Positions 27,804 to 35,386 of a stretch of DNA of 64,000 bases are shown here, in pieces; the first letter of the stretch is position 1, and each line of letters opens with the position of its first letter. The stretch is from an uncultured Gammaproteobacteria bacterium (lineage in GTDB: Bacteria > Patescibacteriota > Microgenomatia > Levybacterales > UBA12049), in assembly GCA_965230895.1 (NCBI GenBank), contig OZ246394.1:377316-441315 (forward strand), in the 5' to 3' direction. The notes under the pieces are model-generated. The model was not told where the DNA came from. It saw only the letters and a program-made list of their open reading frames with translations, and made no database searches. The position numbers were made by a program, and so were the translations under genes.

Positions 27804-28805
27804 ATGCCTCTACCTGAACAAAGAACTTTTTCAAATATTCGAGAACGTTTTACTGATCCTTCTATAACAATTATATATAACGATAATGCTGGAATATCTA
27901 AGAAAAATCCTCTGAAAGCTGCATCATTTCGCCATAAGATTCGGTCTCTCCATCATTTATTAAACAGCCCTGAGGCTTTTGACCTTGATATTAATTTACA
28001 ACCCACAAAAAGTGCCAACCATGCTATTGATGAAGTAGGTAAAGCTATCGATCAAGGAAGAGGTGCAATCGCTGTGGTTGGAGGAGATGGAACAATTGCA
28101 CCAATAGCACATCGTTTAGCTGTCGAAACTGCTGATCGAAAACCAGATTTATTACTACTCGGCGGAGGCACGCAGAATATTTTTAGAAGAGAAGTTTCAA
28201 AAAGAAGCGACCCTATCCAAGTTGCTATAGATGTTCTCCAAAATGGTGAGCGAAAAGCCATAGATGTAGGAGTTCTTCAAAGCAATGATAAAGCATATCC
28301 ATTTGTCGCAAATGGTGGATTTGGACTCGACGCCCAAGTCATGGAATTTTGGGAGAGAGCCGGCAAAAAACATCGCGGGCAAATTTTCCCACTCTTTTGG
28401 AAGGAAAGAAATAATTTCCAACCTTTTTCTTTGCATATAGTCGATGAGCAAACGAACGTAGATGAAGTCTTCGACAACGTTATCGCTATGCCCATTATAA
28501 ATGCTGGAAAATATGGTGGCTTTTTCAAGTTAACAGAAAGTGATAAATCAGATGGCATTTTAGAAGGAGTTGTTCTCCCTGCCGATCTAAGAAAACCTCA
28601 AGAGTTTATGCATATGCTTCCGAAAGTTCTCTTTTCAGGAAACGAGATTAATGGAGCAAACTATGTAGAGTTAAGGCAAGCAACATTAAGAGAAACCCAA
28701 GGAGAAGAATTATTATTTCAACATGATGGAGAACCTGTACGAGCTGATTCTTCTGAAGTATCAGTAACAACGTTACATCAAAGTGTCACCATTTGGGCTG
28801 CATAA
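27804..28805 (+). CDS. Lipid kinase of the diacylglycerol-kinase catalytic-domain family (YegS/BmrU/DagK-like)
   Basis: …ITIIYNDNAG…, …AIAVVGGDGTIAPIAHRL… (GGDGT), …LLLLGGGTQNIF…. Confidence 0.7.
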   Translation: MPLPEQRTFSNIRERFTDPSITIIYNDNAGISKKNPLKAASFRHKIRSLHHLLNSPEAFDLDINLQPTKSANHAIDEVGKAIDQGRGAIAVVGGDGTIAPIAHRLAVETADRKPDLLLLGGGTQNIFRREVSKRSDPIQVAIDVLQNGERKAIDVGVLQSNDKAYPFVANGGFGLDAQVMEFWERAGKKHRGQIFPLFWKERNNFQPFSLHIVDEQTNVDEVFDNVIAMPIINAGKYGGFFKLTESDKSDGILEGVVLPADLRKPQEFMHMLPKVLFSGNEINGANYVELRQATLRETQGEELLFQHDGEPVRADSSEVSVTTLHQSVTIWAA

Positions 28806-30566
28806 TTAGTTTGAGGAAAGGAGTTGCTTAACCGATTTATATCCAGGGCGAGGAAGCATATCTGACCCATAGAGACCATCAATACCTGTTTTGATACTGC
28901 TATCATCGTCCTTCCAGAAATTATATCTGTCCGACAGGATCCATATTCTCCAAGCAACACAATTAGCTTCAGATAGACATGTTTGTAAGACAGAAGCATA
29001 TTGCTCAGCCTGCACCCTATCTCCGTCACCACTAAAAACATCTTGCTCAGATACTTGTGCTATATAGCCTAACTTCTGAAGCTGCTGCAAATGCTTCTTT
29101 AATATTTGCGGATCAACTTTATCTTCACTCTCGTAGATATGGGACTGAAAACCAACGCCCACTTGTTTGACGGGAATACCTCTTTCTTCAAGCTGTGGTT
29201 TAAGTCGGGTTAAAAGTGCAACCATTGCATCCCAACGTTCGCCATCATCCTCAAGTCCAAATTCATTGATAAAAAGTCTGGCATTTGGATTCGTATTATG
29301 CGCTGTATCCAAAGCTTCAATGATAAAGTCTTCGCCCATTGCCTGATACCACTTTGTATTTCTCATAAGTTGACCTTCTTCAAACTCATCATAATCTGCT
29401 AACGGTTCATTTATAACATCCCAGGAATTAATTTTATTTCCAAAGTGTCCGACTACTGTTTCAATATGATCATTCATAATGTTTTCGATCACATCTTTCT
29501 CATTTTGTGTGGCTGCTGGCAATTGGTTAAACCAGGCAGGGTTTGCTTCTCCAAACACAAGTGCATGCCCATGTACTTTCATATTATTTTGCTCAGCTAT
29601 TTGTACTAAAGCATCAGCTTTGGCAAAAGAATACACACCACGTTTTGGTTGGAGATTAATCATCTTCATATCATTTTCAGGAGTCATCCCTCCAAAATCG
29701 CTAAGCGCGGCTTTAGCATATTGCGGATCAGAAACAAGCGGACCCAATGCCATCGCACTGCCAATCGTAAAGTCCTGTCTTTTTTTATTTGCAAGTTGCT
29801 GCAAGCTTTCCGTTGAAGAGTGATCTACTTTTATAGTTGCTCCATCAGCAAGGACAAATGAATTATTCTTAAGTTCAAGGCTCTGGAGACCCCATGCTTT
29901 ATCTTGCGCATCAAGGCCAAACCATATTTTACCTAACTTAAAGATGCCCGGATCATTGATGGTTCCAACTTCTTGCTTATTCACGATAAAAGTAAAGATG
30001 TTAGATTTCTTCTGAATCGTCAATTGCATGGTTCCAGCAGGCGTATATTTAAATTCGCGGACAGCTGTAGGGTTTTGGTTCGTTCCATCCCAAACTTTTA
30101 CAACCAATGAGCTCTTCGTAACAGCAACTTGGATGCTTTCACGCTCAATACGGAATTCGTCCGCTATAATTGGAACATTTCCGTAGAGTTGGATTGTCCC
30201 TGAGGCACTATCCTGCAAGTCAATCTTGCTTATAACAGAAAAGTCACCTTTAAGGTTTTCGATATGTGTTCCTGCAAGATTAATGGGTAGATTTTTTTGT
30301 ACAACTTTACCCTCTTGGTCAACGATACTAGTGTCTAAAGGTTGCACTTCCAAGCCGTTCTCAGTTTTTTGAACACCTGGCATATACTTCCAGTTTGCAT
30401 TTAATAAATTGTCATCTTTTTCAATTGGTTGTTTTTGATAATTCACAGTTGGGCTTCCTTTCTTCTCAAATTGAGCTGTAATTATACCTGCTGCGAGTAA
30501 CAGCACTCCTCCTGCAAGCAATAAAATACGATATTTCGTGTTGTCGAGTTTTTGTTTGTTTTTCAT
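28806..30566 (-). CDS. Membrane-anchored clan GH-A glycoside hydrolase, GH10 (xylanase)-like, with an N-terminal β-sandwich region
   Basis: Signal-anchor YRILLLAGGVLLLAAGIITA; …VHGHALVFGE…, …WDVINEPL… (acid/base Glu), …FINEFGLE… (nucleophile region, slightly atypical). Confidence 0.65.
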   Translation of the reverse strand: MKNKQKLDNTKYRILLLAGGVLLLAAGIITAQFEKKGSPTVNYQKQPIEKDDNLLNANWKYMPGVQKTENGLEVQPLDTSIVDQEGKVVQKNLPINLAGTHIENLKGDFSVISKIDLQDSASGTIQLYGNVPIIADEFRIERESIQVAVTKSSLVVKVWDGTNQNPTAVREFKYTPAGTMQLTIQKKSNIFTFIVNKQEVGTINDPGIFKLGKIWFGLDAQDKAWGLQSLELKNNSFVLADGATIKVDHSSTESLQQLANKKRQDFTIGSAMALGPLVSDPQYAKAALSDFGGMTPENDMKMINLQPKRGVYSFAKADALVQIAEQNNMKVHGHALVFGEANPAWFNQLPAATQNEKDVIENIMNDHIETVVGHFGNKINSWDVINEPLADYDEFEEGQLMRNTKWYQAMGEDFIIEALDTAHNTNPNARLFINEFGLEDDGERWDAMVALLTRLKPQLEERGIPVKQVGVGFQSHIYESEDKVDPQILKKHLQQLQKLGYIAQVSEQDVFSGDGDRVQAEQYASVLQTCLSEANCVAWRIWILSDRYNFWKDDDSSIKTGIDGLYGSDMLPRPGYKSVKQLLSSN

Positions 30567-30687
30567 AATTTTGCTCTACTTTATTATTATCCTGTTATAA
30601 AATATAGTAAAGAGGACAGATACGGATAGCCGTAAAAGCAGGTATATAGTATACCATATTTAGCCTCGACAACCTAATTGGGAGGGT

Positions 30688-31308
30688 TTATTTCGTTTCA
30701 ATACTGACAAGTTCTGCTCGAACCATGTGTCTGTAAATATCATTTGGTCCATCACATGTGATCAAAGTCACTGATGGTTTTTCTGTGGGATAAAAAACAT
30801 CAACTTGTGTAGGTTTGATTGTTTTGATAGTGGTTACTTTATATGTGGCCTTGTAATTTTTTCCGTACAAGACGATTTCTTGTCCGACTTTAACATCTTT
30901 AATTGGGAGAAAAGCATTTGCCTGTGCGTGTCCAAAAAGACCGACATTACCATCTTTGGTATTTACCAAACTTGTACCTTCTGCATAGTTCGCTACTGCT
31001 GGTTGTACTTCCCACGTCCCGTTTTTAAGTGGTACTGAAACAACTTTCTTATCCAATTTAATACTCTCGATAACGATTCGTTCTGGTTTAAATGTTTTGT
31101 TCTTTACAGCGTCTTCAGTTGTTTCAGTACCACAATCAGTTGTGCAGGCATTGGTCTGTGTTTGCCACGACAAACCCTGCACCCATTCTGAAATGTTACT
31201 TCCATTGAAGAATTCATTCTTCAAAGAGCCTAACTGTATCAGTGAAGCTAGGACTGTGATTGTTAGTATCACAGCAAACGTATTCAGTTTCATGCGTAAA
31301 ACTTTCAT
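30688..31308 (-). CDS. Sortase (intact catalytic triad)
   Basis: N-terminal TM; His in …GNVGLFGHAQ…, Cys in …TLITCDG… (TLxTC), Arg in …YRHMVRAEL…. Confidence 0.8.
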   Translation of the reverse strand: MKVLRMKLNTFAVILTITVLASLIQLGSLKNEFFNGSNISEWVQGLSWQTQTNACTTDCGTETTEDAVKNKTFKPERIVIESIKLDKKVVSVPLKNGTWEVQPAVANYAEGTSLVNTKDGNVGLFGHAQANAFLPIKDVKVGQEIVLYGKNYKATYKVTTIKTIKPTQVDVFYPTEKPSVTLITCDGPNDIYRHMVRAELVSIETK

Positions 31309-31313
31309 AAACC

Positions 31314-31493
31314 TTATTTGTTGAACATGTAACGACTGATATGTCCTACCAACATAATAAGTAATAATGTATTTACAGCGACAAATCCAACCGCAATAAG
31401 TGGGTGCACTTTGTCAGCAAGCATAAGACCTGCGGCTGATGTAGCTGGTAATGTTGTTGCTGCTCCTACTAATCCTTTTCCATATTCGTTCAT
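31314..31493 (-). CDS. 59-aa mini-protein consisting of a short N-tail plus a complete LPXTG-like sorting signal (MNEYGKGLVGAATTLPATSAAG-TM-ISRYMFNK); not in the ORF track (<60 aa)
   Basis: Translated by hand from the minus strand; paralog of the 61-aa ORF at 42746-42931 with invariant YGKG, LPATSAAG and ISRY; sits between GT2 and sortase. Confidence 0.5.
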   Translation of the reverse strand: MNEYGKGLVGAATTLPATSAAGLMLADKVHPLIAVGFVAVNTLLLIMLVGHISRYMFNK

Positions 31494-31534
31494 AATCTAA
31501 TCACCTCCTTCTTGACTCGCCCTAAGGGCGGGTA

Positions 31535-32833
31535 TTACCTGGTTCCCCAGGCTGTTGAGTAACCAACTCTACGAAACGCAGAGTGGCCAAGCGAAATTAT
31601 ATAAGTAAGTGTCGAAAGGATAGATTTGGTCACGATATTGTAGAAATAAAATAAATATGAGCCAAACAATACCAGACTTAAGAAGTTGCTATAAATAAAT
31701 TCTGGTAATATAGAGAGTTTTATCAACCAATCGTTCGTATCACGATCAGCATACTCACGCATAACTATGATGTTATAAATTGTTGAAATAGCAAAACTAC
31801 CCCATGCCAGGAAAATAAGTACAGGAATTAAGCCTTGTGTTCGTGTATAGCTATCAGCAAACATAAACGACAGACCAACCAATACAAACAAACTTAAGAA
31901 AGAAGCATGGCCGACAAAATCTTGAAAGACTGAAGGAATATTTCTCCAATGCTGAGCAAGGACGTGCAAACCACCGCTTGTCCAACGTGCTCGTTGCTTC
32001 CAAAGTGCTTCTGCAGTTTCTGGTACCTCTGTCCATGCAATTGCTTTTTTAGCAATTTTTACTTCCCAACCTTGTATCTTCAATCGTGCTGTAATGTCAT
32101 AATCTTCAATCAAATGACCTGTACTAAATCCATTAATTGATTCAAGCACTTCCATTCGGAAAGCTGTAAGCATTCCTTGCATGACCAATGGCCCTTTCAA
32201 GAAGCCATTATCTGAGATTTTGGTGATATTAAAGCCATGATACTCGAGTCCTTGGAGACGAGTTACTATGTTTTTATTCTTATTTGTAATTCTGACTTGG
32301 GAGCAAACGGCTCCAATTTTATAACTTGAGAATAATGTGTTTACCATATTTGGTATCGTTTCTTTATTGATGACTACATCATCATCGAAGGTGAATACCG
32401 CATCAGGCTTAATAGCAAGTGATTGGAGATATTCAATTCCATAATTTAACGCACCAGCTTTTAAGGTGTTTTTCGGAGTTCGTAGAGAAACTATCTGAAG
32501 ATTGTTCGCTGCGAGCCAATTAATCTTACTGAGCACAGGTGCTGTATCAACGTTTAAAGGAGTACAATCATCGACTACTACTACAAGTACTTTTGAATGG
32601 TATTTTACGATTGATTCAACGAGTTGTACGGTCATTTCACTCGGACGGAAGGTCGGGATAATGACTGCTACGTTTTTTCTTGAGAAGACTGATCTTGTAT
32701 GTATACTTACTGGCTTTTTCGGCACAAAGAAATGGCCGACCTGTGCGACTGTTTCTATAAGGTTCTGGTTTAATTTAGTCTTACGATTCATACTATGAGT
32801 CGTATTATAACCTATAATAATGTGGATTGTCAA
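31535..32833 (-). CDS. Processive family-2 glycosyltransferase (IcaA/PgaC/NodC/cellulose-synthase-like), membrane-embedded
   Basis: …AVIIPTFRP…, DxD …FTFDDDVV…, QxxRW …WKQRARWTSGGL…; 4-5 C-terminal TM helices. Confidence 0.8.
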   Translation of the reverse strand: MTIHIIIGYNTTHSMNRKTKLNQNLIETVAQVGHFFVPKKPVSIHTRSVFSRKNVAVIIPTFRPSEMTVQLVESIVKYHSKVLVVVVDDCTPLNVDTAPVLSKINWLAANNLQIVSLRTPKNTLKAGALNYGIEYLQSLAIKPDAVFTFDDDVVINKETIPNMVNTLFSSYKIGAVCSQVRITNKNKNIVTRLQGLEYHGFNITKISDNGFLKGPLVMQGMLTAFRMEVLESINGFSTGHLIEDYDITARLKIQGWEVKIAKKAIAWTEVPETAEALWKQRARWTSGGLHVLAQHWRNIPSVFQDFVGHASFLSLFVLVGLSFMFADSYTRTQGLIPVLIFLAWGSFAISTIYNIIVMREYADRDTNDWLIKLSILPEFIYSNFLSLVLFGSYLFYFYNIVTKSILSTLTYIISLGHSAFRRVGYSTAWGTR

Positions 32834-32912
32834 GTACTATGGGGCTAAATTTTGGGTATAAAAAAAGCACGGGTATTTCTATACTCGTGCTACTTAAAAC
32901 GACTAATAAGCC

Positions 32913-35243
32913 TTATTTACTAAGACTTACTGAGTCGATGTACAAGTTAAATGTACTATTTGGTGTTGTGTAGTATTGCAATCTTACTTTATTAACATTT
33001 GCACTTGTTGGAACATATTGGAATGATTGTACTCCAGTTGTTGGACCCGTAACCATACCCTTCCATTGTCCTGAAAGCCAATTTCCTGCTGCATCGTATT
33101 CATCGATGTAGAATCCGAATTCACCTGTTCCTGTAAGAGCACTGATGAATTGTGACCATGTGTATGTTGTAGCAGGTGTTACTGTGATCATGTCACTGAA
33201 TGCATGCGCATAATTTGTGTTAGCTGCGATGTGCAAACTGTTCGCTCCAGCATTCCCCTTTGTTGTTGTATCAACTGAGAAGTCAGATGTATCTCGTGTC
33301 CAGTTAGCTGCGAATCCACTTGTTACTGTTTCGAATCCACCATTTACTACCAAGTTTGTTGCAGGTGTCCCTGTTGGCGCAACTGTTGGAGTTGCACTTG
33401 GTGTTCCTGTAGGAGTACTTGTTGGTGTAACACTAGGCGTACCTGATGGTGTTGCTGTTGGAGTTACACTTGCTGCTGTATTAGTTAATGCATAGTTATC
33501 AACTGTAGCTGTTCCTGTTGAATTAGCTGTAAGGTATGTTTGGACTCGGATTGAGTTAACCAACGTTGATGTTGCTTTGTAAGCTCGTGAGAATGTTGAT
33601 GTAACACCATTTGCTACTGCGCCCAACCATTGACCTGAAATCCAAGTACCTTGTGCATTGTATTCGTCGATGTAGAAGCCAAGTTCGCCTGATGTTAATC
33701 CACCTGTGTTTGCTACTGCACTAAAGTTATATGTAGCTGCTGTATCGATTCCAGAAACAGTTTGGAATAAGTGAGCTGCTGCTGTATTACCTTTTATAGA
33801 TGCTTCACCATTCGCTGCTGTAACGTTTACTGTGTTATCAGTTGTCCAAGGAGTCAAACCATCTGTGAATGATCCATTAACGATAACATTATTCGCTGCT
33901 GGAGTTGGAGTTACACTTGGTGTACCTGATGGTGTTGCTGTTGGTTCAGCACTCGGTGTAGGTGTAACACTTGGTGCACCATCAATGTTGTTCAAGTTAA
34001 CACTATCAATGTATGCTGTTCCTGTAGCTCCACCTGTAAGGTAGGTTTGGACTCGAACTGAGTTCACAAGGTTTGAAGTTGCATTGTAAAGCTTTGTGAA
34101 GAACCCAACTGTACCGTTTGTAACCATACCTAACCATTGTCCTGAGATCCAGTTACCGTTCGCATCATATTCATCGACATAGAATCCGAGTTCACCTGCA
34201 GTCAAACCTGTTGCATTATAGAATGCATCAAGGATGTAACTAGAGTTAAATGAAACATTTGTCAAACCTGAGAATAAGTGAGTAGCTGAAGCAGCACCTG
34301 TCATACTAACTGATTGTGTTGGTGAACCGTAGTTACCATGGTTAGCATTGTCAGCTTTTACTGCTGTTGCATTATCTGTGTTCCATCCATTTGCAAGTCC
34401 TGCTTCAAATCCTGAGTTTTGAAGTACATTTGCTCCAGGGATAGTGATACCTTGCTCTGTTGTAACAACTTGGATTTGTCCTGCGTTAACCTTTGTTTGA
34501 ACATAATTCGCCATTGTTGTAAGGTTTGCTGTTGTTACTGTGTATTCGTAATTAGGGTTCTTTGCAACTGCTGTGTCATGGAAGACAAGAATTAACCATT
34601 GCTTGTTTGCAATTGCTTGATCAACCCATGCTTGTACTTGTGCTGGTGTTGTCGCGTCATTAACATCTTGTACCATCAAGATAGCTCTATTATAAGGTGC
34701 ACTGTTTAATGCATCTCGATCTTGGAAAGCTCGATGTGATTTGTAGTATTTAAGGATTTCTGCAATTGTGTTGTTGTCATATGCTCCAAATGGTGAAGCA
34801 AAATTAGTAACGTTTAATCCATTTGCTTGGAATGCTGTATTTGAAGTTGTTAATTCAGCTTCATTTTGTGTAGCTGTAACTGTAGGCATTTCTACGTGAG
34901 TTCGTGTGTGACCACCAATTTCCCATCCATAAACATCTTGCAATTCTCGTACCTGTGCCCAAGTAATTCCTGGCTGATTATCATCCAAAGTAATTTGGCC
35001 ATCTGGAACTCCTGAAGTTAGGTAAAGAACACCATCGATTCCTCGTGCTTCAAGAATTGGAGCTGCAAGTGTTCGAGTAGATGCGAAACCATCATCAAAT
35101 GTGAAAGAAACTCGTGCCTTATTAAGTTCTGAGAGGTTAGTTATTTTAGCTGCTGATGCTACTGGAGCTTGTGACAAAACAAGAGCCGCCATCAATGCGA
35201 AAGCGGTCAAAGACTTTACTACTTTGTTTACTAAGTTGTTCAT
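32913..35243 (-). CDS. Large secreted surface protein: N-terminal NodB polysaccharide deacetylase + 3 carbohydrate-binding (CenC/CBM4_9-like) β-sandwich modules separated by Pro/Thr linkers
   Basis: Signal peptide; NodB motifs …VSFTFDDGFAS…, …GGHTRTHVEM…; 3 × …GELGFYVDEYDANGNWISGQWLGMVTNG… modules; linkers TPTPSAEPTATPSGTPSVTPTP. Confidence 0.8.
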   Translation of the reverse strand: MNNLVNKVVKSLTAFALMAALVLSQAPVASAAKITNLSELNKARVSFTFDDGFASTRTLAAPILEARGIDGVLYLTSGVPDGQITLDDNQPGITWAQVRELQDVYGWEIGGHTRTHVEMPTVTATQNEAELTTSNTAFQANGLNVTNFASPFGAYDNNTIAEILKYYKSHRAFQDRDALNSAPYNRAILMVQDVNDATTPAQVQAWVDQAIANKQWLILVFHDTAVAKNPNYEYTVTTANLTTMANYVQTKVNAGQIQVVTTEQGITIPGANVLQNSGFEAGLANGWNTDNATAVKADNANHGNYGSPTQSVSMTGAASATHLFSGLTNVSFNSSYILDAFYNATGLTAGELGFYVDEYDANGNWISGQWLGMVTNGTVGFFTKLYNATSNLVNSVRVQTYLTGGATGTAYIDSVNLNNIDGAPSVTPTPSAEPTATPSGTPSVTPTPAANNVIVNGSFTDGLTPWTTDNTVNVTAANGEASIKGNTAAAHLFQTVSGIDTAATYNFSAVANTGGLTSGELGFYIDEYNAQGTWISGQWLGAVANGVTSTFSRAYKATSTLVNSIRVQTYLTANSTGTATVDNYALTNTAASVTPTATPSGTPSVTPTSTPTGTPSATPTVAPTGTPATNLVVNGGFETVTSGFAANWTRDTSDFSVDTTTKGNAGANSLHIAANTNYAHAFSDMITVTPATTYTWSQFISALTGTGEFGFYIDEYDAAGNWLSGQWKGMVTGPTTGVQSFQYVPTSANVNKVRLQYYTTPNSTFNLYIDSVSLSK

Positions 35244-35386
35244 ATATAAAATTGGACAGTTTCATATTGAGCAGATTACATCTATTTATATAGATGAGAA
35301 TCGGATGATATCATAGATAGGCAAAGTATGTCAACAGGAGATTGCTAAGTTTCTGGTTGTTTTACTTATTCTATTCAGAATGTATG

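Noticed and set aside
33217-34044. Plus-strand ORFs 33217-33495 and 33832-34044 inside the 776-aa deacetylase-CBM gene
   Set aside because: Val/Gly/Ala-rich translations mirror the Pro/Thr-linker codons of the minus-strand gene. The minus-strand reading has NodB motifs and paralog support.
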